Source: an uncultured delta proteobacterium
Lineage (GTDB): Bacteria; Myxococcota_A; Polyangia; Fen-1088
Reading direction: 5' to 3'
DNA: 64,000 nt
Assembly: GCA_963755125.1 (NCBI GenBank)
Contig: CAVWIP010000008.1
Span: 384,001 to 448,000 of the forward strand
Under the pieces are notes generated by a model. That model was not told the DNA's origin. It ran no database searches and worked only from the letters and a program-made list of their open reading frames with translations. A program made the translations under genes and the position numbers. Shown in pieces: positions 50,577 through 60,906 of this stretch (position 1 is the stretch's first letter; the number at the start of each line of letters is the position of its first letter).

Positions 50577-52037
50577 CTACTTGCCTCCGATGGCGGACAG
50601 CGAAGCGCGTAGCTGCGACTCGCTGTCGACGAGGAAGTTGGCTCGGGTGACGACCTCCTGGCCATCTTCGAGCCCGCTCGTCACCTCGACGTCGGCACCG
50701 CTCTTGTTCCCGAGCTGCACCACGCGCGGTTCGAACCTGCCTTCTCCGCGCGCCAGGAAGACCACGTCCCTGGTCCCGCTGCGAATCACGGCGTCAGCCG
50801 GGATGCGCAACCCCTCCTGGGCAGCGCCCTGCAACTCGACTTCGCCGTACATCTCAGGCTTCAGTTCTCGCTTCGGGTTGGCAAAGTGCAAATGCACCTT
50901 GAGGGTACGGGTCTTCGGGTCGAGCACGGGATCGATGAACGCCACCTGGCCCCAGAAGGAACGATTGGGATACGCGGGCAAGGTCAGCGTGGCCTTCATG
51001 CCCACCTGGATTCGGCCCAGGTCGCTCTCGTAGGCATCGGCCATCACCCACACCTCGCCCAGATCGGTGATCTCGTAAGGCGCCTCACCTGGATTGACCC
51101 GCGTCCCCTGGACCACGTTCTTCGTCGTGACCACGCCGGCGATGGGCGACACCATGGTAAGCGCCTTGGTCGGCTGTCGCGTGCGAGCAAGCCGCTCGAT
51201 CTCCGCTGCCGGCACGTCCCACAAGTCCAACCGCCGGCGCGCTGCCGCCACCAGGGTGTCGCCGTTGCCGGATAGGGTTCCACCCTTGGCCAGCGCCTCG
51301 CTGGTCTGCAACGCCAGCAAGTACTCGTTCTGCGCGGCCAGCAAGCTCGGACTATAGAGCGAAAACAGTGGCTGACCCTTGCGAACCGCTTGCCCTACGA
51401 AGTCGACGTAGATCCGCTCGACAAAGCCTTCGACCTTGACGTTGGTCTGGCGCACCCGCTTGGGGTCAACCTGCACCCGGGCGGGCGCGCGCCATGTCGC
51501 AGCGACAGATCCCTTGGTGACGGCGACCGTTCGCAGACCAATGAGCTGCTGTCGGGCTGGATCGATGCTGACCGTGGCCAGACCCTGGACTGGCGTCCCG
51601 CCCGCAAGCTCGTCATCGTAGACGGGCACGTAGTCCATGCCCATCTCATCCTTCCGCGGAACTGGCGAAGTCTGCTTCGGGTCCATGGGCGAACGGTAAA
51701 GGGCGATCTTCCTCGCGCCAGGCTTTGCGACCCCGCTGCCCTCACTCGCAGCCGATTCCCTTAGCACCAGCTTCATTCCACAAATTGGGCAATCCCCGGG
51801 TTGATCCGACGTAATGGCCGGATGCATGGGGCACTGGTACCGCGGAGTCGTTTTCGCCGCTGGCGCCGCGTGCGCACTCTCTGCCCTGTGCCCGCGCATG
51901 CTCAGCCACACCCCTGTCCCGCCGAGCACCGCGCCCGCCATGACCGCCGGGAGCGCCACCGCGATGAGATGTCGCGATGGCCGACGCGGTTTGGGAGTCG
52001 CCGGCAGTTCGGACCCCTGGATCTTATCCCCGCCCAT
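50577..52037 (-). CDS. cusB: CusB-like RND membrane-fusion protein with heavy-metal-binding domains
   Basis: YQCPMHP..CPICGM, YRSPMDP..KDEMGMD, FLVDSES. Confidence 0.93.
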   Translation of the reverse strand: MGGDKIQGSELPATPKPRRPSRHLIAVALPAVMAGAVLGGTGVWLSMRGHRAESAHAAPAAKTTPRYQCPMHPAITSDQPGDCPICGMKLVLRESAASEGSGVAKPGARKIALYRSPMDPKQTSPVPRKDEMGMDYVPVYDDELAGGTPVQGLATVSIDPARQQLIGLRTVAVTKGSVAATWRAPARVQVDPKRVRQTNVKVEGFVERIYVDFVGQAVRKGQPLFSLYSPSLLAAQNEYLLALQTSEALAKGGTLSGNGDTLVAAARRRLDLWDVPAAEIERLARTRQPTKALTMVSPIAGVVTTKNVVQGTRVNPGEAPYEITDLGEVWVMADAYESDLGRIQVGMKATLTLPAYPNRSFWGQVAFIDPVLDPKTRTLKVHLHFANPKRELKPEMYGEVELQGAAQEGLRIPADAVIRSGTRDVVFLARGEGRFEPRVVQLGNKSGADVEVTSGLEDGQEVVTRANFLVDSESQLRASLSAIGGK

Positions 52038-52050
52038 GGATTGCTCCGTT

Positions 52051-53463
52051 CTACATGCGTGACATCGAGTCGCCGACGCTGTCTGCGCCCTGCTGCGAAC
52101 CAGAGGCTCGACTCGACGATGAGGCAACAGGAGTCGCACTCGCGCCCGGCATCGCAGAGCCACCCATTCCGCCCGTCGCGGCCCCGCCTGGCGCATCCAG
52201 ACTGATCTCCCTCTCGGCGATCGCGATCCGCTGCGCTGCCGCCACCGAATCGAAGAACCCATTTACGTCAGCCAGGTAGCCGGCTAGCGCCTCCAGCACA
52301 GAGGCGAAGGTCACCCGGCCGACCTGGTACTGCGACAGCGCGCTTGAAACCGTCGTGTCCGACTGGACGAGCAGCCCGGAACGGTACAGGTGGTTCGCCT
52401 CCACCAACGCGCCCAAGGCCGCCAGCCTTTCGTGAATCCGCTGCCGTAAAAGCTGGCGGATCGCCTCCGCGCTATCCCGCGCGGCCTCGCCGCGTGCTCG
52501 ATTCTCCGCCACGGCTCGCGATTGCTTCTGCGCGCTCCAGATAGGCAGGTTGAATGCAACCCCGGCCAGCCACATCGTCTCGAAACCGCCCCAGCGAGGC
52601 ATCACACCTGCGCTCACTGTTACGTCCGGCCAGCGCTCTTTGTCTGCCAACTCCACACGCCGGCCCGCCTGCTCTCCAGCCAGCAGCACCTTCTTCAACT
52701 CCGGACTCTCGGCCTCGGCCGCTGTCGCCGCTTGTTCGGGATCAGGCAACACCGGGTCCGGCAGGTCGGCCAGGGTGCGCGTCGTCGCGATCGGCTCAGT
52801 TAGCGGGTGCCCGCGCAGCCGGTTGAGTACGGCGATCCGTCGGTGCTCCTCGCCTTCCAGTGCCCATCTCTGCTGCCGCAATCGGTTCCGTTGCAGTTGG
52901 GCGCGCAGCAGGTCGGATTGCGCTGCTTCCCCCGCCTCATAGCGAGCGCGGGCCAGCCCCTCCGACTGCGCCCAGAGCGACTCCAATCTCGTGAGCAGGC
53001 CCAGTTGGTCACGCACCAGCAGCAGATCGACGTACGCTCGTTCCACATCCGCAGCTACCGAGAGGAGCACGCGCCGCAGATCGGCCTCGGCCTCGCGCGT
53101 CCCCAGGTTGGCCAGCTCGCTGCGTAGCCCACGCTTGCCCGCCCAGGGAAAGGTCTGCGACGCCATGATCGAGATCCAACTCGTCTCCATCTTGCCAATC
53201 TGGATGCTGCTGAATCCGTCGTTCTGGATGCCGAGCGAAAGGGTCGGATCAGGCAGCGCCCGGCTCTGGGGCACGCGCTCCTGCTCCGCCACAATCTGCG
53301 CGCGCGCCTGCGCCAGCTCGGGCCGCTTCTCCATGGCCTCCTTGACCAACCCGCGCAGTACGGGATCGTCCAACAAGGTCGGCCCGGCCAGCACCTGGGT
53401 GAAATCCGCCGCCCGCGCGGGTGTGGCGGCCAGGAGGAGGAGAAGTGGAAGGCGCGCAGTCAT
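52051..53463 (-). CDS. TolC/CusC-family outer membrane efflux protein
   Basis: Signal peptide, LPDP.L, ASQTFPWAGKR; operon context. Confidence 0.9.
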   Translation of the reverse strand: MTARLPLLLLLAATPARAADFTQVLAGPTLLDDPVLRGLVKEAMEKRPELAQARAQIVAEQERVPQSRALPDPTLSLGIQNDGFSSIQIGKMETSWISIMASQTFPWAGKRGLRSELANLGTREAEADLRRVLLSVAADVERAYVDLLLVRDQLGLLTRLESLWAQSEGLARARYEAGEAAQSDLLRAQLQRNRLRQQRWALEGEEHRRIAVLNRLRGHPLTEPIATTRTLADLPDPVLPDPEQAATAAEAESPELKKVLLAGEQAGRRVELADKERWPDVTVSAGVMPRWGGFETMWLAGVAFNLPIWSAQKQSRAVAENRARGEAARDSAEAIRQLLRQRIHERLAALGALVEANHLYRSGLLVQSDTTVSSALSQYQVGRVTFASVLEALAGYLADVNGFFDSVAAAQRIAIAEREISLDAPGGAATGGMGGSAMPGASATPVASSSSRASGSQQGADSVGDSMSRM

Positions 53464-53467
53464 GTCA

Positions 53468-53827
53468 TCACTCCACGACGATGATGCCGGCGATCATGTC
53501 CATCGCGCAGGCGTAGCGAAGTTGGCCCTTCTTGGTGGGCGTAAACGTGATCTCGACCGGCTGGTTGAGCGGCAACGGCTTGTTGATGCCGACGTCTTTG
53601 ATGACGATCTCTTTAGCGCAGGTCCAGTCGGTCTTGCGTGTGACCACCAGCTTCACCGCCTGATTGGCCTTCACCTTCACCTGCGCGGGCACGAAGCCCT
53701 CGCCTGTGACCTCAATGGTTACAACCTGTTCCTCGGTCTTCTTCTGCTCCTTACCTTTGGCCAGCGCCGACACGCCTGAAATTGCGACTGCAACTGCGAT
53801 GATCATCGAGATGGTAGCGAGCTTCAT
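53468..53827 (-). CDS. Cupredoxin-like periplasmic protein
   Basis: GFVP..VK, C.KEI, YACAMDM. Confidence 0.88.
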   Translation of the reverse strand: MKLATISMIIAVAVAISGVSALAKGKEQKKTEEQVVTIEVTGEGFVPAQVKVKANQAVKLVVTRKTDWTCAKEIVIKDVGINKPLPLNQPVEITFTPTKKGQLRYACAMDMIAGIIVVE

Positions 53828-53868
53828 TCTTGGTTCTCCTGTGTGGGCAGCGTCCTTGCCTTTGACGA

Positions 53869-53884
53869 TGCAGGCCATGTGCCA
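53869..53884 (-). promoter_or_regulatory. Sigma54 (-24/-12) promoter of the efflux operon
   Basis: TGGCACATGGCCTGCA (GG-N10-GC) 41 bp upstream of the ATG. Confidence 0.7.
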
Positions 53885-53988
53885 AACTCCGAGGAGTTGA
53901 TAAATCCACGTGGTTTCAGGACGACGACGGATCGCCAAGCTGGTACTGGCCGACGATCCGACGCGAAAAGCGACCTTGGCGGGTACAC

Positions 53989-54592
53989 TGTAACCGGCAC
54001 CATTACTCGCTGCCCATCGAAGACTGGAGACGACGGCGAGGAAGCGCGGCGTTTCACCCGCGCTCGGCGCGGTTGCGGCGGGATGAGGACAGACCCCGGC
54101 GCAGCCACGGGTGGTGGCCGGCCGGGGTCGGCGTCGGCGTGGGGAATGAGTTGAGCTACAGGTTCACTCGACCTCCTGGTTTGAGCGCCCGGACTTGCCG
54201 ACGATCTTGATGAGCAAGCCGCGGTGGACAAGGCGGTCGGCGATAGCGGACGCAGCGGCGGCATTGCTGAAGAGCTTGCCCCAGTCCTTGAAGGGCAGAT
54301 TGGTAGTGACGATGGTGGCGGCCCGTTGATACCTGCGGTTGAAGACCTGGTACAAGAGGTCGGCGCCGCGGGTGTCGAAGCTGAGATAGCCGAGCTCATC
54401 TACGAGGAGCAGCTCGTAGGAGGCCCAGGCGGCGAGGCGACGGTGCAGACGGTTGCGGGCCTGGGCCGCGACGAGGTCGTTGACGAGGTCGGCGGCGGTA
54501 ACGAAGCGGACGCGGTGACCGCGCAGGCAAGCGAGCTGGCCGATGGCGTTGGCGAGATGGGTCTTGCCGACGCCGGAGGGCCCAATAAACAC
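53989..54592 (-). mobile_element. istB: IS21-family remnant: 3' part of istB (54164-54592) and probable right end
   Basis: GPSGVGKTHLA, LLLVDELGY, IVTTNLPF.DW, AIADRLVH; TG-starting end at 53989. Confidence 0.85.
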
Positions 54593-54596
54593 TGCG

Positions 54597-54994
54597 CAGC
54601 TGTGAGCGAGGACCTTCAGCACATTTGTGTACGCAGTTGCGCCCCACCTAATATCATTGAACTTTTTGGCATCCAGCCAACCACGGCGGGTGATGCTGCT
54701 GTGATGACAATGCGCGCGATCAGCGGGTTTTCGGGCTGACGAATCTGCATCGTTCCAAGACCTGTGTCGGCACATCAGAACGCGCCACACCAACTGTAAT
54801 GACGCAGAGCAGATTAAGGCAGCATCCATCCCGCTGACGCGCAACGCACAGCCAGCTTGCGGGCACATGATTACTGCGACGAGTAGCCGAATCCCTATTT
54901 CCTCACCATCTCCTCCGACCCAGGAAATCTTCAACGATATTCGGGGGGCCGCAGTTGCATACACGAATGTGCTGAAGGTCCTCGCTCACAGCTG
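54597..54994. mobile_element. MITE-like 398-bp unit bounded by 64-bp inverted repeats
   Basis: 54597-54660 versus 54931-54994, outer 29 bp perfect; abuts the istB truncation point. Confidence 0.7.
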
Positions 54995-54997
54995 GGC

Positions 54998-55101
54998 GGT
55001 GTACACATGTGCGCCTTCGGACTTCTATGATTCGCTAGGTCATGCCTCCACCGAAAGGGTGACCTGGGAGCCCGTTTGCCCACGTTTGGAGCTGCAACCA
55101 G
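54998..55101 (+). repeat. 104-bp direct repeat (second copy 56365-56468)
   Basis: TTCTATGATTCGCTAGGTCATGCCTCCACCGA..CCCACGTTTGGAGCTGCAACCAG in both. Confidence 0.92.
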
Positions 55102-55331
55102 CTGCCCAACAATTCGCGTCGAAGAGGGAAGGCACGTGACAGCGCCGGAAGGGTGCGCGAAAGTGTCACTCAAACGGTTCGACTGACGTTCGCCCGGCAG
55201 CAAAAACCCAGATGATCTTGGTGAAGGCCGCTCTCGCGAACGGGATTCTCGGGAATGTCCTCACGCACAGCTGGGCTGGCGACGCACAACGGCCCGGGCG
55301 TGCCATCCGCAAGGCCACATCTGCCCCAGGG

Positions 55332-55520
55332 CTATTCGATTTCGATCACTTCAGGTCTGCCTGGGCAACGCCAGTGAGCGGGATGCCATCGACCTCGCGG
55401 ACCGTAATGACCTTCGATAAACACGCCTCCTCTACAAGGCGGCGGTCGAGTCTGACGAACGAAACAGCCGCCCTGGATCAGTGAACACAACAACACGGAC
55501 AGCAGCAATGCTCGCCTCAT
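55332..55520 (-). CDS. Small lipoprotein with YXWGXW-like repeat
   Basis: QGGC lipobox-like, FIEGHY..WHPAHW; GAGGAGG RBS. Confidence 0.7.
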   Translation of the reverse strand: MRRALLLSVLLCSLIQGGCFVRQTRPPPCRGGVFIEGHYGPRGRWHPAHWRCPGRPEVIEIE

Positions 55521-55653
55521 GGCCCATGCTCCTCCTCGTTCGCTTGGAAGTTAGCGCGCCGATTCCTCTCGGGCAACGTCACGAAGTAGTGCATTTCTTG
55601 CGCCCCTGCCGGCGCCGCCGCGTACGTGAAGGTCCACTTGTACCGGAGTTGAT

Positions 55654-56169
55654 CTAGTGCGTATTGGCGAATCGGATGCCTTCTCGCACCTGCACGATCG
55701 CCTGTCGGATGAAGCCGAGCGCCTGAACACGGAAGCCACCCTTGTCGTGTTTGGCCTCGACGAGCTGTCGGTGCGCCTCGCGCAGAGCGATGATTCCCCT
55801 CGCCATGTGCGGCTGTCTTTCTGCCCCCGGCACGGCCTCGTCGACGGGCTCAGGCGCGGAGGGTCCCTCGATTGGTCCCACCTCGGTGGGGTGAGCTGCC
55901 GCATATTGCATTCCGGCGTTGACCGCGCCGATGGCCTGCTGAATCAGGCCAAGCGCCTTCGCACGGTGGCCGCCCTTGTTGGCCGCGGCGGCTTCAAGCT
56001 CACCCTTGGCCTGCTGCAGCGCTGCCAGCGCCGCCTGCATTTTCGGCTGTCCGTTGTCGGCAGCAACGGGCTGTGGTGGTAACAGCGGTCGGGGTTGCGG
56101 CGACGAGGCACAGCTCCCGAGGGAGAGACAGAGCGCCAACATCCAACAAGCGCTAATCGTGGTCTTCAT
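55654..56169 (-). CDS. Lipoprotein with two helical repeats (QP.M..A...L..A...L..A...KGG.R..AL..I.QAI)
   Basis: LGSC lipobox; internal duplication. Confidence 0.8.
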   Translation of the reverse strand: MKTTISACWMLALCLSLGSCASSPQPRPLLPPQPVAADNGQPKMQAALAALQQAKGELEAAAANKGGHRAKALGLIQQAIGAVNAGMQYAAAHPTEVGPIEGPSAPEPVDEAVPGAERQPHMARGIIALREAHRQLVEAKHDKGGFRVQALGFIRQAIVQVREGIRFANTH

Positions 56170-56785
56170 GGCTCCTCCGTTCATGGTGGCCAGGATAGCA
56201 CGCCGACTTGCACTCGCTCTTCTTCAACAGAGCAGCCCGGTGGATAGCGATCGCCTCAAAGCGCGCGATGACGATCACGGGTAACACAGATGCGAGCGAA
56301 GACATTCCTACGACTTCTGTGCGCAAGAGCAGCCTCCCCGATATCATTTAGGTTTTCGTCGGCGGGTGTACACGGGTGCGCGCTCGGATTTCTATGATTC
56401 GCTAGGTCATGCCTCCACCGACAGGGTGACCTGGAAGCCCGCTTGCCCACGTTTGGAGCTGCAACCAGATAGCCGACTACAACGATCGGATACCCACCCT
56501 AGCCGCGCCAGATCATCCTGGGCAGGTGCCCACCCATTACCTGGCAATGTGACCATGCGCTGCGGAACACCTGGCACCCCGATCCGTTGGCCAGACACAT
56601 TTTGCCGTTCAGGTGGCGGGAGAAGTCCGAGCTGCCACTGGTGGCCGTCTACATAGCTCCGCCCGCGGCCGTGGACGACGTTCCGCCGGAGCCGCCTGTC
56701 GATCCGGTGGCGCTGACGGTAAGTATCTGACGGGTTCATGTTCAAGAGTGTCTTGTTTTAACCACACGATCACATCCACATGGGG

Positions 56786-57040
56786 CTAAGGCGAGCGTGT
56801 TAGGGTAGCAACGAAGGACACCGAGGGAATGTCGGACAGAAAGCAGCATTCGCTTCCCTCGGCGTCGATGGCAAGAATATCCCCCTGCTGCTTCAGCGTG
56901 CCGGTGTCGAAGTAGTCGAACGAGCCTGGGCCACTTGCCGGGCACTGCTGCTTCGGATCCGGCTTCAGGCTCCAGACCCCATTGGCTGCGATTTCGTACT
57001 TAAACTCGCAGTTTACGTACCCAACGACGCCGATGGTCGT
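56786..57040 (-). pseudogene. C-terminal fragment of a secreted-type protein cut at the IS remnant
   Basis: Coherent beta-rich reading frame starting at the IS junction. Confidence 0.4.
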
Positions 57041-57046
57041 GCCTCG

Positions 57047-57484
57047 CCGCACATCGAGCGGTTCAACCGCACGCTGCGCGAGGAAGCGCTCAACCACTTC
57101 ATCTTCCTCGACGCGAAGCACGTCCTGCGCGTGTGCCGGGAGTACGTGGAGTTCTACAATCGTGCGCGGCCATCACAGGCGTTGCATGCGATACCGGAGC
57201 CGTACCCGGAGCTGATCACACCGCCACGAAGGAGCGGCGATCTGATCGCGCTGCCCGTGCTTGGCGGAGTACAGCACGACTACCGCCTGGCGGCGTGAAC
57301 GACCCAGCTGGGCAGTGCCTGATGGACGCGCCTGCTGGGCGGACAAGTCCGCGCGACGTGCCGAAGCGTCTTGATCCGTTCCGGCCAGAGCGCAACCGGG
57401 GTCATCGGCACCGCCCTGGCCGGCGAGGTCACCATTGCTCGTCTGCCCGTTTCGGGCGCGGCATCGGATTCTCGCGGAGTACGC
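57047..57484 (+). mobile_element. 3' remnant of a divergent rve IS (CDS fragment 57047-57298)
   Basis: IERFNRTLREEALNH..YNRARPSQ..PVLGGVQHDYRLAA*. Confidence 0.85.
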
Positions 57485-58756
57485 TCCGGTAGCTACTTTG
57501 CTGCTTCGCAAATCCTCCGATACTTGTCCACTGCCGCGCCCATGCCAGGTTTGTTCTGAAAGGCGACGTCCTTGTAAAGCGTCGCACAGGATGAATGCGT
57601 TTCCTTCAACGCCCGCCACTCCCTCCAAAGCCGGTCGTATGCCGCGATGGCAGCAGACAGCTTCTGGCAATCATACTTCCCGGTCTTGTCACCCGTCGCG
57701 CCAGAACACAAGATTACCCATGCCTGTTCGAACAGAGAATACTTGATCCGCCCGTAAGCTGCGGATGTGACGACAAAGTCCGTCGTCTGCGCATCGGGAA
57801 ACTTGATCGTCTGCGCCAGCGTTTCGATTCTGCTCCACATTCTTACGGCTTCGGCTTTCTCCGCGAGCGCTTCCTTCACCAGATTGTTGCTCAAGAAAGA
57901 CTCCAGGTTCGGCTTACCGATGAAATCGTCGCGCGTCCACCAAAGGTCCACCGAACCCTTGAGGCTGCACTGGCCGCGCAGCACGGCGGCGGCTGACAGG
58001 AGGCTGATCTCGCGAAAGCGCGCGACGTCGCCGCCTTTCAATCCAACTTCCTGTGTTGCGAACTCATCGAAGATGGCCCGCTCGGTGCGCTTCGGATTTT
58101 CCGCAAATTTTGCGATGACATAGGCGTTGAGCGCACACCAGAGTTCGTTGCTGATGTATGGCCCTTCCCAACCCCCGCCGCGCGACCACGTCCACACGCC
58201 CGCGAAATTGCTGTTGTTCACGATGTCGCGTAGACCCTTCGGCTGTCCGGGCTGCATGAGGGTTGCGTATTCCTCCCAGCCGTTGATGACACCGTCGCCG
58301 ATGTAAAACGGATGTGCACCCTTGCCATACGCCTCGCGCTGGCATTGTACCTCGACGATCTGCCGGTGCTTGCCAAGGCCAAGCGTAGGATTGAACGGCG
58401 TCATCCGCAGAAAATCTCCGGCCTGATGTTTGATGGAGAAAACCAAATCTGGATGCGGTTCAATCGCGTCCGTGACTTTCAGATAGTATTCGGGGTTGAC
58501 GTGAAAGCCATTTCCGAAATCCCACGTGCGATAGAAGACCATCTTGCTACGCTTCCCGCAGACCTCATCGCGAAGGATTCTTAGCAGCGCAATGTGGCTC
58601 TCCGGCCCACGCACGACCGCCGTGTTGGCCTGGACCAGGTTCTCATTCTCGTTGCCACTCGCCGCGTGATAGGGGGTGTCGTGCAAATAGATTTCGCCCG
58701 TGCGGACCACGATGCCGTCGAGCGATGGAGTTGACCCGATTTGGTGGACGGTTTCG

Positions 58757-59641
58757 TTACGCAGCTTTCTTACCAGCTTTCTTCACTGAGTGCATCAGCT
58801 CAAATTCGATTGGGCTGTTGTAATTGAGCGCCGAATGACGGCGGCAAGGATTGTAGAAGCCTTCGATGTACTCGCCAATCGAGAGGTTAGCTGCCTCCCA
58901 GCTTTCGAGATCGTCGATGTCTTCCAACTCGCGCTTGAGGGTCGCGAAGAAACTCTCGGCCACGGCATTATCCCAGCAGTCTCCCTTCCGGCTCATGCTG
59001 CATTCTATGCTTCCGGCTTCCAAGGCTTTGCGGTAGTCGTCGCTCGCGTACGTGCTGCCTCGATCTGAGTGGTGAACCAGGCCGCTGCCGGGCTGGCGTT
59101 GGCACAAGGCCATGGCCAGTGCCGCGAGCGCGAGGTGGCGATCGACATTCCGACTGGTCGCCCAGCCGACAACCCGCCTGGAAAACAGGTCGAGAATCAC
59201 CGCGAGGTACAGCCAGCCTTGCTGCGTCCACAGAAACGTGATGTCAGTGACCCACGACTGGTTTGGACGAAGCGCGGTGAAGTTGCGCTCCAGCACATTC
59301 GGCGCGATGGGGAAGCTGTGCTTCGAGTCGGTGGTCGTGCGAAAACGATGACGACAGCGCGCCACCAGCTTGTTTTCGCGCATCAGCCTGGCCACCCGCT
59401 TGCAACCCACCCGATCCCCGGAAGCTTTGAGGTCGGCATGAACACGGGGACTGCCGTATCGTCGCCGGCTCCCGTGATGAATCGCGGCTATCCGCTCGGA
59501 CAGATCCTGGTCACGGCGTGCGTGCAACGAGGCGGGCCGTCCCTGGCTGGCGTAGTAGCCACTGGGCGAAACGGCCAAGACACGGCAGAGGACCGCGACG
59601 GGGAAGGCCACCTTCTCCTCGGAGATGAACGCAAACCTCAC
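58757..59641 (-). CDS. IS3 OrfB DDE transposase
   Basis: YGSPRV, WVTDIT, HHSDRG, CWDNAVAESFF. Confidence 0.95.
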   Translation of the reverse strand: MRFAFISEEKVAFPVAVLCRVLAVSPSGYYASQGRPASLHARRDQDLSERIAAIHHGSRRRYGSPRVHADLKASGDRVGCKRVARLMRENKLVARCRHRFRTTTDSKHSFPIAPNVLERNFTALRPNQSWVTDITFLWTQQGWLYLAVILDLFSRRVVGWATSRNVDRHLALAALAMALCQRQPGSGLVHHSDRGSTYASDDYRKALEAGSIECSMSRKGDCWDNAVAESFFATLKRELEDIDDLESWEAANLSIGEYIEGFYNPCRRHSALNYNSPIEFELMHSVKKAGKKAA

Positions 59642-59943
59642 GCGCTCTCCTTGGCGAAGAAGGTGGCCGCCCTTTTTAAAATCTCACGCTCCATGCGGAG
59701 GACTTTCACCTCGCGACGCAGATGCGAAAGTTCTTCCTTCTCGGCGGTCGTCAGGGCGCCAGCAGGGCCCTTGCCCTCGTCTACCCTCGACTGCCGATCC
59801 CACTGGTACACCAGGCTGCTTGCCACCCTGAAGTCCTTTGCTACCTGCGCGACGCTGCGTCCTGCACGGACGAGCGCCACCAAGTCTGCCTTGAACTCGC
59901 GCGTGTGCATGCGCCGGGATCGCTTCTTCTCTTTGTCCAACAT
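59638..59943 (-). CDS. IS3 OrfA HTH protein
   Basis: REFKADLV..EREILKRAATFFAKE; GTGA overlap with orfB. Confidence 0.93.
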   Translation of the reverse strand: MLDKEKKRSRRMHTREFKADLVALVRAGRSVAQVAKDFRVASSLVYQWDRQSRVDEGKGPAGALTTAEKEELSHLRREVKVLRMEREILKRAATFFAKESA

Positions 59944-60609
59944 GTGGTCACCTTTCTACGCCCATTTTCCTGAGCGAGGGTGTCCACCAAACCGGGTCAA
60001 GTCCACGACGGGCATCGGTCGAACAGCTCCGCGACTTGCGCGCGCAGAATCTTCTGCGTCATCGGCCGCTCCACAACGATGCGCCCCTGCCCGTCGCAGA
60101 TTTCGTTCCTGAAGTGCGCGACCAGCGCTTTGGGCAGCACGCTGAATTGCATCCACGCGTACGCCTTGATGCCAGCGGCGTGGGCCCGCGCCGCCAGTTT
60201 TTCGAGTTTCTGCGCGTGCTCTTCGATCCACAGGCGCGCGTCGCCATTTTTCGGCAAGATGTCCGGCGCAAGCGCGTCAAACGTCTCGCACGCCTCCGCT
60301 TCGGCCAGCAGCACCTGCCCGTTGTAACCCCACTCCGCCAGCTTGCGCGGGTCGCGGAAGGAACTGGGCTGGGGCGACTCGCCCGGATTGTTGTGAACCA
60401 TGTCCAGGACGAAGCGCGCAGGAAGATGCGTGTTCAATTCGGCCGCAATGGAAATAGAGCTGGGGACAACACTTCCCACGAGCAGGATCACGGAAACTGC
60501 GGTCCGATCGAACTTCAGAGAAGAATCCGGGTTCACGCCCCTGCTTTTATCACGACTGTGCGCGGGGACATTCCCAAGTCTTCTGTCCGCAGCCACGGCG
60601 TGCTGAATA

Positions 60610-60735
60610 TCAGCGCTGACGTAGATGGCTCTCAAGCATGGTGACCACGCTGCGCAGATTGGCGTCTTGGGCGAGCAGGCCATCGATCTTCTTGACGGCA
60701 CTGATGACGGTTGAGTGATCCTTGCCACCAAAGCG
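60610..60735 (-). pseudogene. dnaA: Isolated 3' end of dnaA (domain IV, 41 aa + stop)
   Basis: [41 protein letters not shown]. Confidence 0.85.
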
Positions 60736-60739
60736 GTGG

Positions 60740-60865
60740 CAGCCCCATCCACACGACTTGATCGAAGCGTCCTGGCCGGCGCAGGGCTGGGTCGACGTGC
60801 TCGGGGCGGTTGGTGGTGGCCAGCACGAGTATCTGGCCCCGCGCCTTGATGCCGTCGAGCAAGCG
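60740..60865 (-). pseudogene. CDC48/FtsH-type AAA+ ATPase fragment (sensor-1 / second region of homology)
   Basis: [41 protein letters not shown]. Confidence 0.9.
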
Positions 60866-60906
60866 ACATACCCCCGCGTCCCGGGTCCCTGCTAGATTGC
60901 TTGCCC

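Larger units (their letters stand above)
58726..60005 (-). mobile_element. IS3-family element (1280 bp)
   Basis: Terminal inverted repeats TGGA(G/C)TTGACCCG(A/G)TTTGGTGGAC; 3-bp CGA target duplication (58723-25 and 60006-08). Confidence 0.96.
57493..60536 (-). pseudogene. Secreted glycoside-hydrolase-like gene interrupted by IS3
   Basis: Removing the IS and one CGA restores ..FDRCPSLDGIVVRTGE..; LDMVHNNPGE, RTWD, WSRGGGWEGPY. Confidence 0.8.

Noticed and set aside
60540..60600. Functional oriC with DnaA boxes
   Set aside because: Only poor matches to TTATCCACA, and no dnaN or AT-rich unwinding region.
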